Shown here one piece after another: positions 13,601 to 23,705 of a DNA stretch of 64,000 bases (positions within the stretch are counted from its first letter, which is position 1; the number at the start of each line of letters is the position of its first letter). The position numbers and the translations under genes are program-made. Under the pieces are notes generated by a model. That model ran no database searches. It saw nothing but the letters and a program-made list of their open reading frames with translations, and was not told the origin of the DNA. Source of the stretch: Balanoglossus misakiensis (Eukaryota; Animalia; Hemichordata); assembly GCA_040954595.2 (NCBI GenBank), contig CM082576.2:14759129-14823128 (forward strand), given 5' to 3'.

Positions 13601-16600
13601 GGAAAAAAAACAAATCACACCATTAAACACAGTATCAGCAAGTATCTGAACTTCTATTTAGCAAGTCTGTGTAATACTATATGCCTTCTAATGCTGTTTT
13701 GTTGCTGACTTTGGTTACATTTCCATGAACACAAGTAAAGTTCAAAGGACCTTTGGGCTTGTGAGGTACATGATTTACAACTCCAATAGGTTACATCTCC
13801 CTCCAATTCCTGATATACAGAAACACTTAACTAGGATCGGACTGTCAACAACGTATTTTATAATTATTGTTTAGGTCTTGTTTACAGTGATGATTGAGTG
13901 AGGCCTTTGTATCCATGGGAGATATATCCACACATTTTTGAAACAGAGCAGGTTCTGTGGACATGCACCATCTGTTTATCTGTAGTTTGTTCGATAATTC
14001 ATATTGCATCAATAACGGTAATTCAATGATTGAAGCAAAACAACTTTGGGTCATTATTATTCCATCCAATACTGGATCTACACCAGCAGATTTATATTTG
14101 AAACACACAATGACAGCTTTGACCTTGGAAATATGAAAAATTGAAATACGATAAATTTATAAATAGCTACTGTGAAATTGTTTTGATTCTAATTGCATGC
14201 AAAATAAGCACACTTGTTTTCCATTGCATATTCAGTAATCTGTGTTTTAAATCATGCACAGTACAAAGAAAATGAGGAAACATCAAAATTCCCCTGCCTT
14301 TTTAAATATATTCTCGGTAAAGTACTGTATTTTCTACAATTCACGCACACTCTGTATTTGAAATTTGAGCGTGATGTACATTGTTTAAGTGTGGTGCTCC
14401 TGCTACTTCTTTACATAGATGACCAACTTTCACATAAAACGACAAAAAATTAATTGCGCTTAATTGTCACTATGGGATACCCTGATAGCAAGGCACACAT
14501 CTTTTGTAGCCTAGGTTACGTTGGTTACGTTGGGCTTTCTTGTTGTTTTAAAATGAGAATAACTTTGCAACTAACTTTTGCCTCTCTCCATGTAAAAAAT
14601 GCAATGTTGTTTACATTACATGAATGCTAGAGTTGACACAAAATTTGATGATGTAATCACTTTTTCTTTTTTTGCCCTGGATAATACCGGTAGTGTGTGG
14701 TGAATCAATGGCAGGGGGGGGGGGGTGGGGGGGGGTGGAAACAGTAACTTTGGTATTACAGCAGTTTTTACTAGATGTTGGTTGACACCATCACTTACTT
14801 GGCTTGTTTCCCTTGATAGTCAGTGTTTCTGGCGGATTGTTTTTATTCAGTCCACGGAATTTCGTCAGATGGCTTTCTTCTATTTTATCAGCCAGATTTT
14901 CTTCCACAGGTTGTACGGTGTTGTCATAAAACCATGTTCCTCGCATCACATCCACTGCTTCAGCTAATAAAGCACAAAGTTAAAAAAATATTAAAACTCA
15001 TTTTTTCTTTATATTAAATTTGCACCCTTGGTGTGTTTTTTGCTTTTAGGGACATTAGCTGGAACTTTTACTCTTATTTCTGGTATTGTTTTGTGTATAA
15101 AGTGCAATTTCTTGCTCTACACCCGGAAACATCATGCTAATAAACCCAGAACTTCACTTGTCAACATAACCTGTATGTGTGTAACGACCATTGTTATTGT
15201 TGACAAATGAATTCTAGTCTGGACTTGAATTCAAGTATTTGCAAAATAAGAATGCTGACTATACGTTGTGTTGCTAAGCTAAATGCTGGGTGTTTTATCT
15301 TATTTCATTAATTTTATCAAGAATCTGCAGTAGATACACAAAATGAACACACTGAAATCGTAGTGAAATACCTAAATTCACAACAAACTGCTTTCATGAA
15401 TCATTTATACAAAACTTATTATGAACATCATCTTTCAAGACAGAAATATTAAATAAATGTATGACTTCCAATAATGGTAACAAATATTTCATTCAACAGA
15501 AAATGAATGGAATAGAGGCTGGAGCCAGTCAACTCTCAAGGAGACAGGTGATATTTATAGAACACTGAGTTCACTAAATGGCATGCACAGACAGCTGAAG
15601 ACAAGTTAGAATGATTTATTTTTATATTAACATGTATTCCAGGTTGTACACGGTATTACCTGTATTATTGCTTTTTTGTTGAAAGATTTCTTTTCAAAAA
15701 TAGCATTCCATGATGTAACTTATCAAAATTCTGTTTATTACGTAAATTCAATATGGTTTAGCTACCATGGAATATGATGCCTTCAGAAATGTTGTCATTC
15801 AGATGACTTTTGTTGATAATTAACTTGGAATGGAACAATTTATTATGGAATGTCAGATACTATGGTGTGCTTCTCACCAGAGAAATATGTACATTTTTCT
15901 ATACACATGAGGATACGTTGTACATGTATAATTCCATTGGTGAACTGATAATATCAAAGAATGTTATCATTTCACAGTTGCCAACAAATTGACTGTATGA
16001 TTACAAATATCATTTTGCCAGCTTATTCTGACAAAACTGTACAAGCACCCACACACATTCCATTTATTTTGCACCATAAAATTGATAAATTGTAACAACA
16101 TTACTTATTAATTTTCGTATTAAAACAACTCACCTTTCCAGTAAATGGGGAAACATTTTTTGGAAACGACATCAACTTCGTACAAGCCCCCTCTGACAAT
16201 GATCATTTCTACATTGTCATCGGTCTTTGTTCCATGAAAGTGAATTTCTCTGTATTTCCATTCAATTTGCAATGAGTCGTAACCGCTGAAAAATGTCCAT
16301 TTCTTGTCGTCTTTCACCTCTCTATAAAACCACCTGACCAGTCTTGCATTGAGATCCTGAACGATATCTGTAGGCTGTCCAACGTTTATTTTGCTCTTCT
16401 TGGGCAGTTCGTCTGGAGGTTCGGCGCTGCCAGCATCTTCCTCGCCTTCTTTTCCGTCGTCTGCCGTTTCCGTTGCGTCATCTTCGTTCTCGTCTCCATT
16501 TTTTGACACACTTTCCTGTTCGCGATCGACGGATTCATCAGAGTCTTCGATAATTATGACGTCGTTCGACTCATTGTCTTCTGATTCGATTTCAACGGAA

Positions 16601-16863
16601 ATTGTAAGTTTTCCAGCAGCGACTTCCCTCATCTCTTCGCCTTGGTCTTCCACGTCCACAGGTATCACTTCCTCATCGATGTCCGTACCAGCTGGACTGC
16701 ATTCCTCTGCTTCAAGTTCCATGATCTCGCTGAGATTCTCAGTTGACATGGTGGAATCATCAGCCATTGACTCCGTTGGCAGTGGGGAGCTCACTTCCAT
16801 CGAATCGTCGTTCATGTCATCGTCGTCCCTCGTCGCTTGATCCCCCGGTGCGGGATAATCCAT
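1638..16863 (-). CDS. DDHD1: Phospholipase DDHD1 (PA-PLA1), multi-exon
   Basis: GT-AG exons in consistent phase: 16134-16863, 14799-14963, 13469-13597, 10284-10431, 9732-9960, 8941-9206, 8335-8413, 7703-7852, 7057-7282, (6896-6907 candidate microexon), (6159-6488 Ser-rich cassette), 4553-4699, 1638-1804. Motifs: VRGGLYEVDV, VMRGTWF, HLVFVVHGIGQKMD, RVEFLPCEWR, DIMYYTSPLYR, lipase box SHSLG, FCLGSPLAVFL, FNIYHPADPVAYRIEPL, RIDYELRE, TSHTAYW. Confidence 0.95.
3959..4047 (+). mobile_element. Short piggyBac-like MITE, copy 1
   Basis: ttaacctattcaccaccatggtttagtccaa...gctggac...ggggtgaaaagataa aligns along its length with 54610-54702; degenerate TTAACCC...GGGTTAA-type ends. Confidence 0.6.
6159..6488 (-). 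CDS. DDHD1: Probable alternative Ser/Pro-rich cassette exon of DDHD1 (330 nt)
   Basis: Open frame EEISSDQEDNLQTELC...SPQRSPQRSPSH...SLT, phase 1 at both ends. GAGCAGCAG acceptor after a ~105-nt AG-free pyrimidine tract with two CTGAC; GTAGA donor. Confidence 0.65.
6896..6907 (-). CDS. DDHD1: Candidate 12-nt microexon of DDHD1 (ENIP)
   Basis: Minus strand: ttcttctgacttgtgtctgcatgttggcag|AGAATATCCCTG|gtaaga; frame-preserving, phase 1. Confidence 0.45.
8658..8842. mobile_element. MITE with 16-bp perfect TIR, Kolobok-like ends
   Basis: AGGTATACAGTCACCT (8658-8673) and AGGTGACTGTATACCT (8827-8842); flanks TTAT and TTAA; related end fragment at 43246-43284. Confidence 0.75.
15190..15240. repeat. 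Dispersed hairpin-containing repeat (second copy at 28740-28795)
   Basis: cattgttattgttgacaaatgaattctagtctggacttgaattca vs cattgttgttgacaaattaattcaagtccagacttgaattca. Confidence 0.6.
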
Positions 16864-17400
16864 GTCGACGTCAAGTCCACACAGCAACTAAATAAAGCTC
16901 CCCACTTTCGATTCACACGGCATCCACCACGCCCACCTTCGCTGGCTCATTGCATTTGCCGCATTTACGTACTACTACGTAAGTATACGTTGCGAGCGCG
17001 ATACACTGTGACAAAATGGAAGGGTCAAAGTTGAACCAATGACGTAATCTGAACGAGGTATTAATATCGTTATCAATACTTCTGGAGAATTTTGATCATA
17101 CCATTACGACGAATGAAATTTTTATTGAAATAAGGAAACCCCTTTAACCTAAACTACACGCATTTTACCGGAAATAAAGGTATTTTCAGCACGTGACTTT
17201 CCTTGGGACATGCGCAGAATCATGTAACCTAGGTCAACTTCGGTCAACTTTCAAGTTACAGAGACGCGACGAAAGGTGCGTATCGTAAACTTATATGACT
17301 GTGTATTGCCAGAATGCCGAAACGATTGGAAGTGCAGTGACTGCAGGTGAAATCCTCAAAATTGGCACATTTGTCTCTTCACAAACAACAGTAGAATAAC
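16864..17400. promoter_or_regulatory. Putative bidirectional promoter DDHD1/SMIM12
   Basis: CpG-richer interval between divergent genes; CCAAT next to TGACGT at ~17036-17045; + strand donor AAC|GTAAGT at 17401 fits a SMIM12 5'UTR exon. Confidence 0.55.
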
Positions 17401-17757
17401 GTAAGTCTACAAAGTTTCTGTTTTTGACCAACGGTAATCTTTGATAGTCTCTCACTGTGCATGTGTCACGGTCAGCAAGGCGAGTCAGAAATTATCCCTT
17501 TGCTGTATGAAAAGCGGTGATTTTATGTGTGGAATGTAGATTTAAATGAAGTACAATGTACTTGTACCAAAGTCTGTTTCCTTTGACATGTAAACATTGT
17601 CACAGCAGTGTACATGACACCCTGTTATCCTATCAACATGAATGATGAAATTTATCCACAAGTTACATGTGGTCTGACGCCTGATGATACCCTTTTAATA
17701 CGGGTATATACCCGGGGGACCTACAGCCAAGTTTAGTTGGGCCATTACAGATAAGTA

Positions 17758-17860
17758 CCGAAACGACTGGGGTGTCGGGGCCGAACAGACCGGGGTCGTG
17801 AAAATTGGGTGCCGAAGTGACTGGGGCCGAAACTCCGCGGTGCCGAAACGACCTGTTACC
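17758..17860. repeat. Degenerate tandem CCGAA-core repeats ending in GTTACC; probable DNA-transposon end remnant
   Basis: Five CCGAA(ACGAC)-like units spaced 15-30 bp in a GC-rich patch. Confidence 0.55.
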
Positions 17861-18273
17861 TGGTCTGAACATTATGGAACACTGGCTATGCAGTCAAGTA
17901 CATGACAAAATTTGATTCAACAGACTCGTGGATAACTTGGTAGAGAACGTAAACTGTTTCACCTAATGTTCAATCTTTTTCTGCCAACAACTTACAAGTA
18001 CAAGTACAAGCAGATATTGAGCATAATTTAAATGACTTCACTGATTTATCACAACTTTCCTGTCTAATCCACATACATGTACTGGGTTTCATGGTTGGTA
18101 CAGCTGTGTTGGTAAGGAACAAAAACTCTTTAAAAAGCTTGTTAAACTGCTTTGGTATTTATTGTACTGGTACAAATATTTTCCATCATGCCAGATATCA
18201 AAGTTGAGCTCTATCAGCACTGAGGCATAATACCCAAGTTTTTGATTGTTTTATTTTGTTTTATTGTAGCACC

Positions 18274-18549
18274 ATGTGGCAGATAGTACTGGCTGGAGCG
18301 AGAACTTATGCACCGTACATCACATTTCCCTTTGCTCTTGTTGTCGGAGTCATTGGGTACAACATTGAACGATTTGTCAGGAAAGACAGAAAAGGACCAG
18401 CATTCCATCAAATTGTTGAAGAGAGGAATGAGAGACAGCTTGAAGAACTGTCAAAAGAGGACTGTGTAAAAGTTGCTAGCCTAAAAGAATACAAAGGCAA
18501 ACCCAAGTTTCTGTATGAAAACACACTACGTTCCGAGAGAAAAGAATAA
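18274..18549 (+). CDS. SMIM12: Small integral membrane protein 12
   Basis: MWQIVLAGARTYAPYITFPFALVVGVIGYNIE...EERNERQLEEL...VASLK matches the SMIM12 signature (RTYAPYVTFPVAFVVG). Acceptor tgtag directly before ACCATG. Confidence 0.93.
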   Translation: MWQIVLAGARTYAPYITFPFALVVGVIGYNIERFVRKDRKGPAFHQIVEERNERQLEELSKEDCVKVASLKEYKGKPKFLYENTLRSERKE

Positions 18550-19288
18550 CCGAAACAGCTATCTGAATTTTAAACGAATGTTTGCTATGGCCTTAGAAGA
18601 CTGATGTATGATTCAAGAAGACTTTGACAGGAACAACTGTTTGCTTTGATTTGACAGTATTTACAAGATATGCTTGTTTGAAACAATATTTTGTGGTAGA
18701 AAATGAAATATCAGACATTGGAATATTGTTGTCATGGTGATAGTTGACAAAATGTGTGAATACCTAAACTGTATCAGCATGTTTAAAATAAAATGGACTT
18801 GCACCTTGTGGTGAAAATACTAATCAGGTCAAGTCATCTTCACAGAAAATGTCTGCACATGTCTTTAGTTCCTTGGTGCATCTTATTTATTTTAAAAGAA
18901 ATAAACTTATCAGACTATAGCCAGTCTCATATGTCAGTGCTTGTATTCTTGCAGATGACTTGATTAGGGGCAGTTTGATTTTAACAATGGGGGACAGTTT
19001 GAGCGTAGTATAGGGTGAACTTTCAGTCAACATTCCCCCATGTGAATAAAAATTGTGTGACCCTCCCTCTCCAATGTTTGTGATAATGTTTTAATTACTT
19101 TCCTATAAAGAAATGTGGTTTGGATGCATAAAATGCATATTGTCTAATACTGGTATATGCAATCTTTTTTCTGATGATTGTAGCATTAATAATTTGATTT
19201 TCTGTAGACAAAGGGTTTATTATTTTCTAACAAATAAACTGACATTCACAACATTTAGAAATAACCAGTACTGGTTCATACTTCCATT

Positions 19289-19405
19289 CCCTTGACTACC
19301 ATCAGCCATGTAATATTATATACCAAACAAACTATACAGATCATATGAATTGACGCCTGAATTATCTGGCAAACAAGGCACTCTAGTAGGTACGGTAGTC
19401 AAGGG
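19289..19405. mobile_element. Small MITE with 12-bp perfect TIR
   Basis: CCCTTGACTACC (19289-19300) and GGTAGTCAAGGG (19394-19405); CCC/GGG ends resemble piggyBac-type MITEs. Confidence 0.6.
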
Positions 19406-19594
19406 GTGTAATATAAAATATCAGCAGTCTTTGGAGTTAAGGGCTGGATCTCAAGTTTCCATGGTGACTGAAGCTGAATTTGCACATGTGACCATGTCCC
19501 TCTCAAATGACAATTCAAACTGACACAGCAAGTCACAGCTGAAAACTCTTTCCTATTACCAGGCTAATATGTCATGACCTATTCTAGTCAACAA

Positions 19595-20035
19595 CTAAAA
19601 GTTATCATCAGAATCCCCTTCATCCGTTTCAACAACATGTAAATCAACCTTCATAGGTCCAATACAGACATAACATTCCTTTCCAAGGAATCTTTCATTG
19701 AAATACTTCTTGATATATGACTCCGCCTTTTCGTCACTGTAAAGTTCCTCTGTGTCGTACTTGAATGTTTCACAAGACAGTGAGCAATTGTCACCATTGG
19801 TTTTCATCACGTCTTTAATGACAGTCTCTTTCTTCGTGGCATACTCTATTACTGTGATCACAAAGAATTGTGGCTCTTCATCGAAGCAACACTGATGATA
19901 GTTTCCTCTTGGTGCTTTGCTTGTTTTCCCAATCAGGCCATACTGATTTGCCTCTGCCGTCACCAAAATTCCCTGGAAGCAGCTGCCGTCTCCAAGAAAA
20001 CACAAGGTAGCAACTCCTTCTACTGTTCTTGGCAT
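19595..20035 (-). CDS. Uncharacterised 146-aa protein, single coding exon
   Basis: ATG immediately after acceptor tattttcag|TGTCATG; protein-like ORF MPRTVEGVATLCFLGDGSCFQGILV...CYVCIGPMKVDLHVVETDEGDSDDNF; possible upstream UTR exon donor at 20567-20571. Confidence 0.75.
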   Translation of the reverse strand: MPRTVEGVATLCFLGDGSCFQGILVTAEANQYGLIGKTSKAPRGNYHQCCFDEEPQFFVITVIEYATKKETVIKDVMKTNGDNCSLSCETFKYDTEELYSDEKAESYIKKYFNERFLGKECYVCIGPMKVDLHVVETDEGDSDDNF

Positions 20036-20426
20036 GACACTGAAAATAAGTAAGAACAAGGCCAGGTGGTCTGTCAGTATCACTAAATAATGAAACGGGG
20101 GAAATTGAGGTATTGTCTGATATCACCCCTTGATTTGGCTATTTTTGCCACTTGTATGGGGTATTTTGTGGGTTAATATATCAATGTATATTATATTAGA
20201 TATTTCTGCATAAATTGACCTGTCACTTATATTTAAACAAATCAACGTTCAGAGTGCTTATCGTTTAGAAAGGAAAAGTTCTTGGGTACATACATTCGGA
20301 ATAGGTGCCAATGGCAGTTGTGGACATCCAGGTGTAAATAAACACTCGAAGGTCCTTTCAATGGTACGTCCATCATTTCAACCAGTGATAATCCCAGTTA
20401 CGTGCATCACCATATCACTGTGGGCA

Positions 20427-20515
20427 CAGGCGTCGGAATCACACTGACTGCTGACATTGGCGTCTTATTTACAGGTTGACTCAAGCTACCACGGCCAGTG
20501 TGATTCCGACACCTG
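20427..20515. mobile_element. 89-bp hAT-like MITE or hairpin
   Basis: CAGGCGTCGGAATCACACTG and CAGTGTGATTCCGACACCTG (19/20 inverted match); no TSD seen. Confidence 0.55.
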
Positions 20516-20848
20516 CCGTCTGTGTGAAATTCTGGTTCAATTTTATGACAGATTCAGGGTTTAAGGCTTACCACATTGTTGCAATGAATGTACGTTTACA
20601 TGTAAAGGACGAAAAAGTTTGAGTTCCGTTACGTGAATGCATAAAAAGTCAGTCTCGCCATTCGAGGTTACTTGTAAGTAAGTACACATGTATGTGGCGG
20701 GCATGATACCGGTCGTTTTCCACTGACGGGATTGAAAACAGTCAGTACCAGACTAAAACAGATTTACAGTCTACCAGACTTTAAAAACCAAAATGCACAT
20801 TACCTGCATATTATAAGTAGACGATACGGGGCAAATAAGTATTACTCG

Positions 20849-20940
20849 CAGGGATTGCGCTAGGCCTCAAAATCTTGGGGTCCCTGGGACCCCTTCCTTG
20901 TGAAAATCAGGGGTCCCTAAATATTTTTGTGGGTCCCCAT
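20849..20940. mobile_element. Left end of a probable hAT-like element
   Basis: Starts CAGGG with repeated GGGTCCC/GGGACCC subterminal motifs; right end not found. Confidence 0.35.
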
Positions 20941-21133
20941 TTTTTCAATATATTATAACACATACGTACTCGCCACACACTTACTGGCGAAGTCAACATC
21001 ACAATTTAAGTGTATTTCCACATTTATTTTCATTTTCTATGAACGTTTCATTTTTTATTATAAAGTAATTTCCTTCTGGCTTTCTGTTCATTGAAGTTTG
21101 ACATAGCTTGAGAAAAAGATTTTGCCAATCAAT

Positions 21134-21171
<38 letters not shown>

Positions 21172-21187
21172 ACAAACAAACAAACAA
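21134..21187. repeat. (AAC)n/(AAAC)n microsatellite
   Basis: Tandem AAC followed by AAAC units. Confidence 0.95.
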
Positions 21188-23021
21188 TAAAATCGCGGAG
21201 GGAGAGCCCCCTGTGTTTATACGGGGAACCACAGAGAGGAAGCGATGCATAGCTATCGATGTCAGAGTGTTCTGATCGTTGACGAGTTTTGCCCCCATAT
21301 TTAACCCAGTCCAGCTACATGGAGTCGGATAAATCAAAGATTTTCAAGCGAAAACGGGTGAAAGGATTACATGTACACCAATGAAGATAGACAGGCTGTA
21401 AAAAGCATAATCAAAAGCGAGAAATTTTCTCTTTTTTGCGGAAATCAAACACATAGAACGAGGGAGTCAACAAAGACACCCGCTGAACTGTCGAAAACAA
21501 GGTCGCGCGCGTTCGATTGACCGTGCGCGGTACATCGGGTCCACCGCTCGATGCAGTCGGCCGGCTGCATGGGTACGTCCCGCGATCGCGCGCGACCACC
21601 CGCTCTACTTTATATGTCAATCATTTGCTTCGGCCAATCACTACGGCCGTTCCGACGATGTGCGCCTCAACAGTCTGTGTGTGGTGTGTGGCTTCGCCAT
21701 CACTGGCTCAGTTTGATTTGGTTTGTGGAGGCCTGCGTGCAAGATTTATGATTAACGACAACACTTTTCACGCTTACCAACTGTGCTTTTTACATGTACT
21801 TAGACTTGCAAAACACCCGTATACATGCAAACTCCATTTGCAGGCTATGAAAGGCTACCACATGTACTTGCCTCTCGAGGCCAGTCTTCAAGATCGAGCA
21901 TGTTTTGGGGTCACCAGGAGGTCACCGAGCGGTCGACGCGCAGGCGCTATGATGTAACATCGCGGCAGCCATATTTGACTTTGGGGACGTGATATCTAAC
22001 TGCAGTGTGCACCTTCTTTTGGGTGCTTGAAACACTCCAAGTTCTGAAGAAATAAGTCTACCAACATCAAATTAGGTGCCTCTGAACAAGCACTTGAAGG
22101 TAAACAAAAAGAGTTTTTGCATAGCATGTACGATTCAAGGGATTTCTACATGTAACTAATATGACTCAAGTACTAGTAAGCCGTGCACACAAACAATAAT
22201 GGACTGGATTTATTCTGAAATTTGGAAATGATTCCTGCTTTGTTTCCACTTGAAATTTGGAGTTCGTTTTGTGGGCATGTAATGACTTGCTACTTGCGAA
22301 CTCGCGACATTATGTCCGGTTTTACACCAAAAGACAAATTTAATACTACATGTACATGTACTACAGATATTCCAACTTGATACGTAGTATCGCGCCACCA
22401 AGTGGCAGGTTGGGCAAACTGATACTCTTCTATTTACAACAGTCCCTGAGGCTCACAGAAAGCAAGGAGAAGCACAGTGCAACATCTATTGTAACACACC
22501 TCATCGACAGTCTGTGTTCTCATTTGTCAATCGATAGTCACGTTGTATGCGTTCGATTTGTGCTGATCTGTCATCCATATAAAACAATGTTATCAGTTGT
22601 CGGAACTGTTGAAATAGTGCATGTACATACCCAGATAAAATAATGTGCTAGCTAAAAAGACATTCTTTGGTACAACACTGCATGTTTGCATTGTGAACCC
22701 CAATACAAATCACATTCACCAGTGTTAAATATGTTATCAGCTGTGGTAGTATTAAGGATGTCGAGAGGATTGCAGAGTTCAGCTACAGCTGCTGAGTAAA
22801 TTTCATTAGTCATAAACATCACCATACTACCCTCTCATTGCCAGTCATTTTGCCATATCGCTGGATGAAATTTTTATTTACTTTTTGTAGACTATTAACT
22901 ATTTGATTGATTTGTTGTTTTTCTGTAATGGTACAGTTGCTGAAAACTCCATGGTTAATCTTTCCTGCCTATTTTATTCTTCATCTGTTGGTTATTTTTT
23001 CCTATTCGCAGAATTGCAGAC

Positions 23022-23189
23022 ATGGTGCTCCATCTAATCCAGCGTTATTGGTGGCTGTCAGTGACTCCAATCCTTGTCAGTATTGGATATTACATAGAGA
23101 AACGGGAAGACAAAAGGTACAGCCGATTCAAGAACAAATCGCTGCTGTACAAAAGAGAAGTTAAGAAAGATGAAGATGTGTGGTCATAG
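23022..23189 (+). CDS. NDUFB1: NADH dehydrogenase (ubiquinone) 1 beta subcomplex subunit 1 (MNLL)
   Basis: Manual translation MVLHLIQRYWWLSVTPILVSIGYYIEKREDKRYSRFKNKSLLYKREVKKDEDVWS* (55 aa) matches the NDUFB1 pattern G.Y.D/E......F+NKS.L(F/Y)KRE...W; acceptor just upstream. Confidence 0.92.
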   Translation: MVLHLIQRYWWLSVTPILVSIGYYIEKREDKRYSRFKNKSLLYKREVKKDEDVWS

Positions 23190-23705
23190 CTACGTGGTCC
23201 CACATGTTGTTGAAGTGTGTGCATAGATATAATAAGCCTAAGTGTTAAGCCAGTGGTCCAAGACCAGAGGAGCTGTACTGAAGATTACTACGTAGATTCT
23301 GAAATTGGCTGTGAAATGGACTGAAGAAGTTGTAAAAAGAACAGTCAGACATGCTTCATGCTTGAGATTTCCATTTATTTCAATAATTTGTTTTCATTTG
23401 ATTTGTTCAACTGTGTTTAGTATTTACAGTAAATATGAAGTTGTCTTAAAACTCTGCATGGTTCATGTATTTTGTACAATACATTTGTGTAGAAGCTGCC
23501 GATTCTTTTTGTAGGAATATATCATAACGCTGATTCTTGTACTCTTCACTGTAAATTATCAAATCATTTGATTTTCATGCACATAATCATCATGAGTTGT
23601 GCTGGAACAAAATAAAATCAGCAGGCAACCAAAAAATAGCAAAATAGCATGCTGTTCTGAATATAAAAGTCACTCAATCACACTGTAGGAGGTACGGCAC
23701 TGATT

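Noticed and set aside
14713-14737. Poly-G runs (also 37810-37827)
   Set aside because: Simple homopolymers; no evidence of function.
16391-16840. 149-aa Ser-rich + strand ORF
   Set aside because: Antisense shadow of the acidic DDHD1 exon 1.
17758-17860. Spaced repeats resembling a CRISPR array
   Set aside because: Units are short and degenerate, spacing is irregular, the context is a eukaryotic intron and there are no cas genes.
21517-21957. 146-aa + strand ORF in the GC-rich patch
   Set aside because: Non-ATG start and no recognisable motifs; explained by stop-codon depletion in GC-rich DNA.
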